Both the position numbers and the translations under genes were made by a program. Source: Patescibacteria group bacterium (GTDB taxonomy: Bacteria > Patescibacteriota > Patescibacteriia > Patescibacteriales > UBA12465). From it: 43,268 bases of DNA. The stretch lies in NCBI GenBank assembly GCA_029982795.1, contig JARRBY010000003.1, positions 1-43,268 of the forward strand, read 5' to 3'. How positions within the stretch are numbered: the first letter of the stretch is position 1; each line of letters begins with the position of its first letter. Below, piece by piece: positions 34,612-43,268 of this stretch. Under the pieces are notes generated by a model, which saw only the letters and a list, made by a program, of their open reading frames with translations, ran no database searches and had not been told where the DNA came from.

Positions 34612-36054
34612 ATGTCAGAAAAAGAATATTTTTATATCACCACCACTTTGCCGTATATTAATTCCGAGCCTCACATTGGTTTTGCCGCTGAGATTATTAA
34701 GGCTGATGTAATTGCTCGTTATCAGAGACAACAAGGAAAACATGTTTTTTTTAACACCGGTACCGATGAACATGGTTTAAAAGTCTACCAAAAAGCGCAA
34801 GCGGAAGGCTTGTCTGTAGCTGAATATTGTGATAAATATTCTGCTAAATTTAAGCCACTTAAGGAAAAGTTAAACCTTTCTTATAATAAATTTATTAGGA
34901 CGACAGATGCTTCTCATCAGGCAGCGGTTCAAGAATTTTGGCGACGTTGTTTTAATCAAGGCGATATTTATAAAAAGAAATATGAGGTTAAATATTGTGT
35001 TGGGTGTGAAATGGAAAAAACCGATTCTGAACTAGAAAATGGTTTTTGTCCTCTTCATCCGGGACAAAAATTAGAATTAATTGCTGAAGAAAATTATTTT
35101 TTTCGTTTTTCCAAGTATCAAAAACAATTACTTGCGCTTTATAAGCAAGATAATTTTATCATTCCTGCTTCTCGTCAAAAAGAAATTAATAATTTTGTTG
35201 CTTCGGGATTAAAAGATTTTAGTATCTCTCGTCAAAGAGAAAAAATGCCTCACGGTGTGCCGGTTCCTAATGATGATAGCCAAGTCGTATATGTTTGGTT
35301 TGACGCTTTAGTTAATTATATTTCCACTCTTGGTTGGCCTCAAACTGAGAGTAATTTTGCTAAATATTGGCCAGCGGTTCAAGTTTGCGGTAAAGATAAT
35401 CTCCGTCCACAAGCAGCGATGTGGCAAGCCATGTTAATGTCGGCGGGAATTAAACCTTCAAAACAAATTTTAGTTTTTGGTTTTCTAACTAATAATGGTC
35501 AAAAAATTGGTAAAAGTTTAGGAAATACAATAGATCCCTACAGTTTAGTTGAAAAATACGGTAGCGATGCTTTGCGCTATTACTTATTAGCCGAAATTTC
35601 AACCTTTGCTGATGGTGATTATTCCGAAGATAAATTTATTACCCGTTATAATGCTGATTTGGCTAATGGTTTGGGTAATTTAGTAGCCCGAGTAGCTAAT
35701 TTATTAGAAAAAAATGAAATTAAAACTAAGTTAAAACCTGATTTAACATTCACTGATATTAAAAAAACCGTAACACTTTTTGAAAAATCAATGGCTAATT
35801 ATCATTTTAATGAAGCCCTGCAAATTATTTGGGAAAAAATAAGCGAACTTAATGAAAGTTTAAGCACTCAAGCCCCTTGGAAATTAGAAGATAGAGCAGC
35901 TATCGCTTCTGTTTTAATTCCGTTAGCACAAGATATAATAAACCTTGCTTATTTATTGGAACCATTTATACCACTTACAGCGGTTAAAATTAATACTCAA
36001 TTTCAAATGAATCAAATTAAAAAAGGGGAAGCCTTATTTCCTCGTTTAAATTAA
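34612..36054 (+). CDS. metG: Methionine--tRNA ligase (short form)
   Basis: LPYINSEPHIGF, GTDEHG, FIRTT, YVWFDALVNY, KIGKSLGN, LANGLGNL. Confidence 0.96.
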   Translation: MSEKEYFYITTTLPYINSEPHIGFAAEIIKADVIARYQRQQGKHVFFNTGTDEHGLKVYQKAQAEGLSVAEYCDKYSAKFKPLKEKLNLSYNKFIRTTDASHQAAVQEFWRRCFNQGDIYKKKYEVKYCVGCEMEKTDSELENGFCPLHPGQKLELIAEENYFFRFSKYQKQLLALYKQDNFIIPASRQKEINNFVASGLKDFSISRQREKMPHGVPVPNDDSQVVYVWFDALVNYISTLGWPQTESNFAKYWPAVQVCGKDNLRPQAAMWQAMLMSAGIKPSKQILVFGFLTNNGQKIGKSLGNTIDPYSLVEKYGSDALRYYLLAEISTFADGDYSEDKFITRYNADLANGLGNLVARVANLLEKNEIKTKLKPDLTFTDIKKTVTLFEKSMANYHFNEALQIIWEKISELNESLSTQAPWKLEDRAAIASVLIPLAQDIINLAYLLEPFIPLTAVKINTQFQMNQIKKGEALFPRLN

Positions 36055-36059
36055 AATTT

Positions 36060-36575
36060 ATGTCTATTTTGGATTTAATTTTAGTTGCTTTTCTGGCTTT
36101 TGCTTTCTTTTATGGTTTTAAAAAAGGTTTAATTCGTTCTTTAGGCAGAATTGTCGGGCTTATAATTGGTATTTATATTTCTTCCCACTATTATCTTAAT
36201 TTTTATTTGTGGGGACAGGATTTACTAAATATTAATGAAAATGTTGAAAAAATAATTGCTTTTATTATTTTATTTATTGCCGTTATTCAAATTAGTAATT
36301 TAATATTTTATCTAATTGAAAAAACCTTTAAATTAATTGCTTTTATCCCTGGTAGTAAATATATTAATAATATTTTAGGCGGTATTTTAGGGTTAGCGGA
36401 AAATGCACTTTTTTTAGGTACAATTTTTTATGTTTCAGCTCGTTATCTTGCTCTTAGTGAACGTTTTTCCGATATAGCTAATGATTCAATTGTCTTGCCT
36501 TGGCTTAATAAAACAGTGGAAATTATTTTACCCCTTTTACCGCAAGCGTTAAAAACTATTCAAACTATTATCTAA
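36060..36575 (+). CDS. cvpA: CvpA-family membrane protein
   Basis: LDLIL...GFKKGLI, NNILGGILG; four TM helices. Confidence 0.88.
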   Translation: MSILDLILVAFLAFAFFYGFKKGLIRSLGRIVGLIIGIYISSHYYLNFYLWGQDLLNINENVEKIIAFIILFIAVIQISNLIFYLIEKTFKLIAFIPGSKYINNILGGILGLAENALFLGTIFYVSARYLALSERFSDIANDSIVLPWLNKTVEIILPLLPQALKTIQTII

Positions 36576-36576
36576 T

Positions 36577-37170
36577 ATGAATTATCAGTATAAGGCTTTA
36601 ACATCACTGACAGCTAATGATATTAGTTTTATTGTTAGTTTATTAAAGAAAGATAAAGTTTTGGTTCTTCCCACTGACACTATCTATGGTCTTAGTTGTC
36701 GAGCAAGCAGTTACAAGGCTTTTACTAAAATTAGGAGGCTTAAAAATCGCCCTGATTATAAACCTTTTATTCTTTTAATTTCTGATTTGGAAATGGCTAA
36801 TCAATTAGCTGATATTAAACCTGAAAAATTAAAAGAAATTAAAAAAATTTGGCAAACAAGCGAACCTACTACCATTATTTTAAAGGGACAAAAATCAGTT
36901 TTACCGTTTTTAAAAAGTAAAGCGGGTAATATTTCTTTGCGTTTGCCTAAATCTGATTTTTTAATTAAAATAATAAAAGAACTGGGCGAACCTTTAATTT
37001 CAACCAGTTTGAATTTAAGCGGTCAACCCGCTTTAAAAACAGTAAAAGAGCTTGATATGATTTTTCCCGCTAATTTATTACCAGACTTTGTTTTTGATAG
37101 CGGTGTTCTTGATAGGCCCCCTTCTAAAATAATTGATTATAGCGGGAATAAACCTTTTCAAGTTCGTTAA
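36577..37170 (+). CDS. tsaC: L-threonylcarbamoyladenylate synthase (YrdC/TsaC)
   Basis: LPTDTIYGL, LKNR..KP, SLRLP, STSLNLSG, PSKIID. Confidence 0.93.
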   Translation: MNYQYKALTSLTANDISFIVSLLKKDKVLVLPTDTIYGLSCRASSYKAFTKIRRLKNRPDYKPFILLISDLEMANQLADIKPEKLKEIKKIWQTSEPTTIILKGQKSVLPFLKSKAGNISLRLPKSDFLIKIIKELGEPLISTSLNLSGQPALKTVKELDMIFPANLLPDFVFDSGVLDRPPSKIIDYSGNKPFQVR

Positions 37171-37190
37171 TTTAAAAAAATAATAAAACT

Positions 37191-38417
37191 ATGCGAAATT
37201 TAAATAAAAAAATTAAACAACCAGCCCTCATTATTTTTTCTCTTTTAATTGTTGGTGGAGTTTATTTGTTGGGATTTTATGCCGGTAAAGATAAGACAGC
37301 TTATCAAGGCAGTTTAGCTTATTCACCTGAAGTAAGAGAAATGAGAGCTAATAATAAAGATAATTTTGATTTTAATTTATACTTTGAAGTATGGAACAGT
37401 TTAAAAAGTGAACATGTTGATAAAAACAAAATCAAAGATAGTGATTTGTTTTATGGTTCTTTAGAAGGAATGGCGGCTGCTACTGGTGACCCCTATACAA
37501 TTTTTATGAATCCGGAAGAAACTACTGAATTTTATGAAGATCTTTCGGGAACATTTGAAGGAATAGGGGCTGAAATTGGTATGCGTAATGAAATAATAAC
37601 CGTTATCGCCCCGCTTGATGGGACGCCGGCACAAAAAGCCGGTTTAAGGGCAGGGGATAAAATTTATGCCATTGATGGCGAATCTGTTCTTGGTCTTAGT
37701 GTGAATGAAGCCGTTAAAAAGATAAGAGGTGAAAAGGGAACGGCGGTAACTTTAACTATTATACGCAATGATGATAAGCCAAGTGATATTGAAATTATAA
37801 GGGATAAAATAGTGGTAAATTCTGTAAAAACAGAAATGAAAGAAAATGGTGTTTATTATTTACAAATATCCAACTTTAATGATGATACCCAAATATTGTT
37901 TGATAAGGCGGTCTCGGATATTTTATTAAAAAATCCTAAAGGGATAGTTTTAGATTTACGTAATAATCCTGGTGGTTATTTAGATACCGCTATTTATATT
38001 GCCAGTGATTGGATTAAAGAGGGACCGATAGTGGCGGAACAATTTGGTGAAAATAAACGAGCGGAACATCCCTCACGCGGTCAAGCCCGTTTAAGTGGTA
38101 TTAAAACGGCAGTTTTAATCAATGAAGGTAGTGCTTCCGCCTCAGAAATTGTTGCCGGAGCTCTACGTGATTATAAAAAAGCAACAATAATCGGTAAACA
38201 AAGTTTTGGTAAGGGATCAGTGCAGAACGTTCGGGATTTAAGTGATGGTTCGTCTTTAAAAATAACAGTGGCCAGATGGTTAACTCCGGAGGGTGATTAT
38301 ATTCATGATAAAGGAATAGCCCCGCAAATTGAAGTTGATATTAGTGAAGACGATATTAATAATAATCGTGATCCACAGTTAGAGCGAGCAATAAACTTTA
38401 TTTTAGAAAATAAATAA
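37191..38417 (+). CDS. ctpA: S41-family C-terminal processing protease with PDZ domain
   Basis: GDPYT, FEGIGA, DLRNNPGG, SASASEI, GKGSVQ. Confidence 0.95.
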   Translation: MRNLNKKIKQPALIIFSLLIVGGVYLLGFYAGKDKTAYQGSLAYSPEVREMRANNKDNFDFNLYFEVWNSLKSEHVDKNKIKDSDLFYGSLEGMAAATGDPYTIFMNPEETTEFYEDLSGTFEGIGAEIGMRNEIITVIAPLDGTPAQKAGLRAGDKIYAIDGESVLGLSVNEAVKKIRGEKGTAVTLTIIRNDDKPSDIEIIRDKIVVNSVKTEMKENGVYYLQISNFNDDTQILFDKAVSDILLKNPKGIVLDLRNNPGGYLDTAIYIASDWIKEGPIVAEQFGENKRAEHPSRGQARLSGIKTAVLINEGSASASEIVAGALRDYKKATIIGKQSFGKGSVQNVRDLSDGSSLKITVARWLTPEGDYIHDKGIAPQIEVDISEDDINNNRDPQLERAINFILENK

Positions 38418-38434
38418 GTAAGTAAATAAATAAG

Positions 38435-38462
38435 AAAAAGGCGCTAAAATTTAGCGCCTTTC
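38435..38462. terminator. Bidirectional intrinsic terminator
   Basis: AAAGGCGCTAAA/TTTAGCGCCTTT. Confidence 0.8.
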
Positions 38463-38478
38463 TTGTTTTTGTTTTTTG

Positions 38479-38736
38479 TTAATCAAAGTCTACGTAGAAC
38501 TGATTATTTTCTTTTCTAAATTCCTGTTGAATCAGTTCTCGTAATTTTTCCTCTTTATCTCGGGGTAAATCAAAATGAATTGAATTCCCTGAAAAAATGT
38601 GGTCTTCTACCACTTCTTGCCTTTCTTCTATTAAAAATTGTGCGATTTTTAATAGGTTTCCACTTTTGCTCTCTAACAAATAGTTACCTTCTTCTCGTAC
38701 GATAAAACTTCGTCCTTGTTTTACAATTTCTAGCAT
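38479..38736 (-). CDS. Hypothetical protein (85 aa)
   Basis: ATG ORF filling the gap and ending at a terminator; no motif. Confidence 0.7.
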   Translation of the reverse strand: MLEIVKQGRSFIVREEGNYLLESKSGNLLKIAQFLIEERQEVVEDHIFSGNSIHFDLPRDKEEKLRELIQQEFRKENNQFYVDFD

Positions 38737-38827
38737 GATAAGATTTTTTTAATGTAATGTAATGATGTTAAATTACCATTTTTAGGCTATCATATTATTT
38801 TATATTTGTAAATAAACTGAACAGTAT

Positions 38828-38856
38828 TTGACAAAATTAAGATTTAGTTGTATAAT
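38828..38856 (+). promoter_or_regulatory. Consensus sigma70 promoter for the FISUMP gene
   Basis: TTGACA-17-TATAAT; AGTTCATTAAAA at 38903-38914. Confidence 0.85.
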
Positions 38857-38942
38857 ATAAACATACTTAAGTTAAGCTAAAAAAGTGAAAATTAAGTAAA
38901 AAAGTTCATTAAAATAAAAATTTAAAACAAAAAAAGTAAGGC

Positions 38943-40235
38943 ATGAAAGCAATCGTTAGAATTGGTCTCTGGAAAGCGATAGCTTTCCTGACCGCCGCTG
39001 TGATGGTACTTTTCTCCTGCTCCTCTTGTGAGCCCGAAGAACCGCCCGTTGTCTATGAACCAAGCATTAATATCTCGGTGGAAAATGTTCGAGGGACTAG
39101 TGTAACCCTCGTTGCTCAAGTTTCTGCCGGTGGGCGAAACTTGGAAGTACAGTTTGAATATTTTGCTGATGGAAGTTGGCATAAGATTGAAGCCGGACGA
39201 ATCAGTGGTCAAGACGTACAAACAATTAAAAAAGAATTAACCGGTCTGGTTCCGGAAAAAGATTATCAATTGCGTGGAGCCCTGATTTTTCGTTTAGATG
39301 GCGCCTGGGATTATGTCGCTACTGCAAATACTCTTAGTTTTAAAACTTTGAAGCATACAAATATCAGAGTGAAAAAAACTACTAGCGACTACAACTTTAT
39401 TGAGGTGGAGATTGAACTGATTCCGCATCTAGCCAACACTAAGATTGAGTTGGAATATCAGTTAAATAACAAAAAGGAAGTGCAAATGGCGCCCGGAACT
39501 TATAGTGGTGATCAGCCTTTAACTTTAAACTTCAAAATGGATAAATTAGCAAAGAATACAATTTACCCTGTGCAAATTAAAGTAATAAATGATTCTCCTT
39601 TTGTTCTGGATACCATCTTTCAAACGGCCGCAGTAGAAGACTATGATGGCAATAAGTACTGTTTAGTCACTATCGGTTCTCAAGTTTTTCTCAAAGAAAA
39701 CTTGAAAGCCACTCATTTTTTAAACGGCGATCCGCTTCCGAATGTTGAGAGTAATGAAGAGTGGTACAATCTCAAAACTCCCGCTTATTGTTACTATAAT
39801 AACGACCCGGAGTTAGGAGAAAGATATGGTGCTCTTTATAACTTCTATGCCGCTTCCGACCCGAGAGGATTCATTGCTGGTTTTCACACGCCGACGATAG
39901 AGGAATATATGGAGCTGAGTAATTATCTTGGTCAAGACGCTGGCGGAAAGATGAAAACTACCACCCCGGATTGGGAACAGCCCAATAAGGGAGCAACCAA
40001 CTCTAGTGGTTTTAGTGCTTTGCCAGCGGGAGCAAGGTCGTATTCAGGCGATAGCTATGACCAACCAGAATTTTTAGGATTAGGCATATCTGCAAATTTT
40101 TGGACAGGAAAAATTGAGCCGGCTTTGCCTCAATACGCCTATACTCCTCATTGCTTTTATAACCAAGATGGTTTCGCTTACAGTGGCCTTAATCCTCATT
40201 GGATGGGAATTAGTGTTCGTTTAATACAGGACTAA
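38943..40235 (+). CDS. Lipoprotein with two Ig/FN3-like domains and a C-terminal Fibrobacter succinogenes major paralogous (FISUMP) domain
   Basis: VLFSCSSC lipobox; DYDGNKY..VTIGSQVFLKENLK, YGALYNFYA, ATNSSGFSALPAG, GISVRLIQD. Confidence 0.9.
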   Translation: MKAIVRIGLWKAIAFLTAAVMVLFSCSSCEPEEPPVVYEPSINISVENVRGTSVTLVAQVSAGGRNLEVQFEYFADGSWHKIEAGRISGQDVQTIKKELTGLVPEKDYQLRGALIFRLDGAWDYVATANTLSFKTLKHTNIRVKKTTSDYNFIEVEIELIPHLANTKIELEYQLNNKKEVQMAPGTYSGDQPLTLNFKMDKLAKNTIYPVQIKVINDSPFVLDTIFQTAAVEDYDGNKYCLVTIGSQVFLKENLKATHFLNGDPLPNVESNEEWYNLKTPAYCYYNNDPELGERYGALYNFYAASDPRGFIAGFHTPTIEEYMELSNYLGQDAGGKMKTTTPDWEQPNKGATNSSGFSALPAGARSYSGDSYDQPEFLGLGISANFWTGKIEPALPQYAYTPHCFYNQDGFAYSGLNPHWMGISVRLIQD

Positions 40236-40245
40236 ACTAATATCT

Positions 40246-40279
40246 AGCGGAGTGTTTGCAACAAACACCCCGCTTTTTT
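40246..40279 (+). terminator. Intrinsic terminator
   Basis: GCGGAGTGTTTG/CAAACACCCCGC followed by a T run. Confidence 0.8.
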
Positions 40280-40350
40280 ATTGTAAAAAATATGAAATAT
40301 TGTTATAATATATTTAGTTCTTTATATTTTTAAAAATCATTAAAAATTTT

Positions 40351-42372
40351 ATGAAAAAATTTTTTAGGGTAATTTTTCTAGGCTTATTTTTATTAGCTCT
40401 TTTTTTAGTTACCCCCACCCCTAGTTTAGCTACTGGGGAGAGTTCCTTTTTTAAAATCTTAAAAAGTAAAGTTATAAATTTTGACCATTTAAGCACTGGG
40501 ATAGGCCAGGAGGTAACGACGTCAGCAAAAAGCAATACTACAGGCATTTATTCTTTTATAAATCGTTGTTCTGGGGATCTTTTTATAGGGAATAAAACTT
40601 CTTCGGAATTTACCTCGTTTCTTAGTGCCCCCCCCGCTTGTGTTGAAAAAAATGAATGTGGTGATGGTGTTTGTCAGTCGTCAACAGAAAATACAACTAA
40701 CTGTCCTGATGATTGTTATCGCCCGAGTGGTTATTGTGGCGATGGAATTTGCCAAACAAACAGCGGAGTTCAAGTCTGGGTCTCTTATAACCCCCCTAAA
40801 GAAAGCACTTATTGGGAAAAAACTTGCCGAAAAAAAACTAGTCGCTGGATTTGGGTTCCGATTGTCAATACTATTTTGGTTTGGACAGGAAACATCGATC
40901 ACATGGTTTGTGATGATGTTAAAAAAACCGTTAAAATTTATGGTGGTTATGTTGATGGTGGTGAAGCTTATACAGTAAACGATTTTATGAAGCAAACTGA
41001 GTGTAAACAAGATTGCTCTCCTCCTTCAACTGTTGGCTGTGGGACTTGTGGTTACAATACAAATGGGGAACTTTGCCCTAATCATTGTGGTGATAGAGGA
41101 TATAATCTAGTTAATTGCTCTTTTAAGTCAGCGGTAAGTATTACTGAATGCAAGGGTGGAAATCCATTAATACCTGTGGTTAAAAATAATGATAGTTTGT
41201 TTTTAAAGAAATATTTTAGTGTTGCTTCCGCCTTAGCGTACCTTGACCCAACTGGTGCTGGCACCGGAGACGATTGTATTACCTATCAGACTGACGCTTA
41301 TTGGACTTGTGATAATAGTGATGATGCTTCTTTGTGTACCGCTGGATATTATTGCACTAATGCTGGAGGTTTAAATACATCTTTTTGCCCTGCTGGTAAA
41401 ACCTGCCAAATGATTACTTGTCCAGCAGGTAGTTTTTGTCCCAAAGGATCTTCTTATCCCCGATATTGCCCCTATAATTACTATAGTAACTCCGGTGCTT
41501 CAAGTTGCACAAAATGTCCGACCGGAACTGGAACGATGACAGGTGGAGCGGCTGGTGTTGCCTCTTGTGAGCCACTTAATATTGCAAACGATGGTGTCTG
41601 CAATACCCTTGAAAATCCAACAAACTCTCCTCAAGATTGCCCCGATAATTTATCCGATTCTCGCCAAGCTGGATGGGTTAGCGATGGATTATGCACTGGC
41701 ATTGAGACGATTGCCAATTCTTTGGATTGCTCTTGTGGCAATGGCATCTGTGATGCTAGTGAGAGTGATTTACTTTGCATAGCTGATTGCGCTTGTCTGG
41801 ATAATATTTGCGATATAGGGGAAACAAATAAATGTACAGTTGGTGGCTTTATTCGAACTAATCCTGGTTGTTCAACTCTAGCAAACACTGATCGTTGTGG
41901 TGACGGTATTTGTTCTACGGGCGAGGGGTACAATGAGACTTTAAAAAAGATTGTTTGTCAGGCTGATTGTTCTTGTGGTAATCGTGTTTGTGAGCCGACA
42001 ATTGGAGAGACTATATCAACCTGTTTTCGTGATTGTTCTTGTGGTAATGGTATTTGTGATGGAATTGATAATAGCTATAACTGCCTTCAAGACTGCTCCT
42101 GTGGCAACGGTACTTGTGAGCCTCAATATGGAGAAACTTGGAGAACTTGTCTTACTGACTGTCGTTGCGGTAATGGGATTTGTGACAGCTATTACGGAGA
42201 AACTCCTTCTAATTGCTACACAGATTGCAGTGTCTGTGGTAATGGTGTTTGTGAATTTAGAGAGACTGCTGTAAAGCCAACTCCACTAGGTTTTGTGTAT
42301 TGTTACAATGATTGTAGTAACGATGTTGAGTGTTTACCAGGGAAACCGTGCAGTATTATAAAAGAACAATAA
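40351..42372 (+). CDS. Secreted cysteine-rich repeat protein (673 aa)
   Basis: Signal peptide; about 68 Cys by manual count; many CG(N/D)G(I/V)C...E...CxxDC repeats plus CPAG-type repeats; TTGTAA-17-TATAAT promoter at 40281-40309. Confidence 0.9.
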   Translation: MKKFFRVIFLGLFLLALFLVTPTPSLATGESSFFKILKSKVINFDHLSTGIGQEVTTSAKSNTTGIYSFINRCSGDLFIGNKTSSEFTSFLSAPPACVEKNECGDGVCQSSTENTTNCPDDCYRPSGYCGDGICQTNSGVQVWVSYNPPKESTYWEKTCRKKTSRWIWVPIVNTILVWTGNIDHMVCDDVKKTVKIYGGYVDGGEAYTVNDFMKQTECKQDCSPPSTVGCGTCGYNTNGELCPNHCGDRGYNLVNCSFKSAVSITECKGGNPLIPVVKNNDSLFLKKYFSVASALAYLDPTGAGTGDDCITYQTDAYWTCDNSDDASLCTAGYYCTNAGGLNTSFCPAGKTCQMITCPAGSFCPKGSSYPRYCPYNYYSNSGASSCTKCPTGTGTMTGGAAGVASCEPLNIANDGVCNTLENPTNSPQDCPDNLSDSRQAGWVSDGLCTGIETIANSLDCSCGNGICDASESDLLCIADCACLDNICDIGETNKCTVGGFIRTNPGCSTLANTDRCGDGICSTGEGYNETLKKIVCQADCSCGNRVCEPTIGETISTCFRDCSCGNGICDGIDNSYNCLQDCSCGNGTCEPQYGETWRTCLTDCRCGNGICDSYYGETPSNCYTDCSVCGNGVCEFRETAVKPTPLGFVYCYNDCSNDVECLPGKPCSIIKEQ

Positions 42373-42380
42373 AAAATAAT

Positions 42381-42818
42381 ATGAATAAAAAACAAAAAAT
42401 AATTTTTTTCTTCATTGTCTTACTACTACTGTTTGGTTTAAGTTTTCTTTTTTATCAAAATAAACAAAAGCTCCCCGGTGTACAAAAAGAAGTTAATGAA
42501 GAACAGCAAAACTTAGATCAGCCGCCCGCTTACGCTCCCACCGCTCGCGAAGCCAGTAACTGGAATGCTCCTTTTATTAAACAGATTCAAGTGATTTTTG
42601 CTACTGAAGAAGAGCGAGAACAAATGGGAATAAATGTTAGCCCTTTATTTGATCCGGCGCGTATTCAGGTTTTAGAGCGAGATGAGAATGGTCGGGTAAT
42701 TACCTATAAAAAGATTTATAACGATAATGAAATTATCCATGAATTATATCTCCCCACTGGAAGTTTAAGTGAGGGAGGGATTGTTCCAATAATTGAAGAG
42801 AGTGAAGAAAATAAATAA
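42381..42818 (+). CDS. Membrane-anchored hypothetical protein (start moved to ATG 42381)
   Basis: MNKKQK followed by a TM helix; 8 nt after the Cys-rich gene; RIQVLERDENG..ITYK motif. Confidence 0.8.
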   Translation: MNKKQKIIFFFIVLLLLFGLSFLFYQNKQKLPGVQKEVNEEQQNLDQPPAYAPTAREASNWNAPFIKQIQVIFATEEEREQMGINVSPLFDPARIQVLERDENGRVITYKKIYNDNEIIHELYLPTGSLSEGGIVPIIEESEENK

Positions 42819-42823
42819 CAATC

Positions 42824-42850
42824 AAAAAGCTCCCAGTTGGGAGCTTTTTT
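42824..42850 (+). terminator. Intrinsic terminator
   Basis: AAAAAGCTCCCA-GT-TGGGAGCTTTTT. Confidence 0.85.
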
Positions 42851-42857
42851 AAAAGAT

Positions 42858-43212
42858 CAGGAAATCCCGCACGAGCACCAAGCGAGTGCGGGGATGAATG
42901 ATTCTGCTCTTAACACGACCTGCAGGGGCGTGTTAAGCTATAATCATGAGAATCCGAGTTTTAAATCATTCTACCTATCAACATCAATATCATATAGTCT
43001 GGGGAACAAAGTATCGCCGGAAGTTTTTGAAAGAGTATGTTAAACCAGAACTTCTGGCCGTTTTTGGTGAAGAGTAGATAAAGAAGTATATTGCTTGGCA
43101 AGGCCAGAAGGATCTACCGCAAGAAACTACGCTCGGATTCTAATGAAAACCCAAAGGAAACCCTGTATGAAAAAAGCTATCCAAAGGATAGCTTTTTGAG
43201 TGCGGGGAGGAG
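42858..43212 (+). mobile_element. Non-autonomous IS200/IS605-family element (ends approximate)
   Basis: Related subterminal hairpins in direct orientation, AGGAAATCCCGCAC...GAGTGCGGGGATGA and AGGAAACCCTGTAT...GAGTGCGGGGAGGA, flanking a tnpA remnant. Confidence 0.8.
42946..43143 (+). pseudogene. tnpA: IS200-type Y1 transposase pseudogene with internal deletion and in-frame stop
   Basis: MRIRVLNHSTYQHQYHIVWGTKYRRKFL... joined directly to EE*IKKYIAWQ; TAG at 43075-43077; central HUH region missing. Confidence 0.85.
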
Positions 43213-43268
43213 ATTATTATTATATTGCTGGTGGAACTTATTTTTAAATTTTAAAAAATAAAAAAGAT

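Noticed and set aside
41700-42260. Repeated TGTGGTAAT/TGTGGCAA motifs as a DNA repeat array
   Set aside because: They encode the CGNG protein repeats and differ at synonymous positions
1925-42274. Short overlapping ORFs in the track (e.g. 1925..2110, 2135..2422, 3582..3809, 4167..4463, 8198..8395, 10606..10788, 11783..12004, 19898..20098, 20180..20461, 20831..21088, 23899..24084, 24798..24992, 26308..26514, 29394..29612, 32422..32760, 34064..34321, 38922..39221, 40314..40547 and those within 40625-42274)
   Set aside because: They are antisense or off-frame shadows of well-supported genes and show no motifs
42837-43043. 68-aa ORF in the track
   Set aside because: It starts inside a terminator and crosses IS end hairpins; the meaningful frame is the tnpA remnant from 42946
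1-43268. Genetic code 25 (TGA = Gly) or stop-codon recoding
   Set aside because: Conserved genes are full length in code 11, TGA ends several genes just before promoters or terminators, and the TAG in tnpA lies in an already deleted gene

Overview
This is an AT-rich bacterial chromosomal segment read in genetic code 11. Gene content, near absence of Shine-Dalgarno sites and several lineage-typical secreted proteins point to Patescibacteria/CPR (Parcubacteria or Falkowbacteria-like); the taxonomy is inferred. Housekeeping genes: secE-nusG-rplK-rplA, rsmI-metG-cvpA-tsaC-S41 protease, cca, a cyclophilin and iscS-iscU. Fermentative and redox genes: ackA, a malic enzyme, and a tightly packed run gap-SDR-nuoF-like-membrane protein-[FeFe]-hydrogenase; the hydrogenase keeps its H-cluster motifs but has lost all four N-terminal [2Fe-2S] cysteines. 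A class II ribonucleotide reductase operon (nrdJ-pduO-encapsulin-type ferritin) lies behind two NrdR boxes. Between these blocks are single-gene accessory units with near-consensus sigma70 promoters, a recurring boxA-like leader motif and their own terminators. They include a probable dispersed DGR target protein, three small ORFs missed by the ORF track, a Bacteroidota-like FISUMP lipoprotein and a secreted protein with about 68 Cys. The window also holds a probable 6S RNA and an internally deleted IS200 element. No CRISPR array, tRNA, rRNA or reverse transcriptase was seen. All family assignments come from motifs recognised by eye, not database searches.
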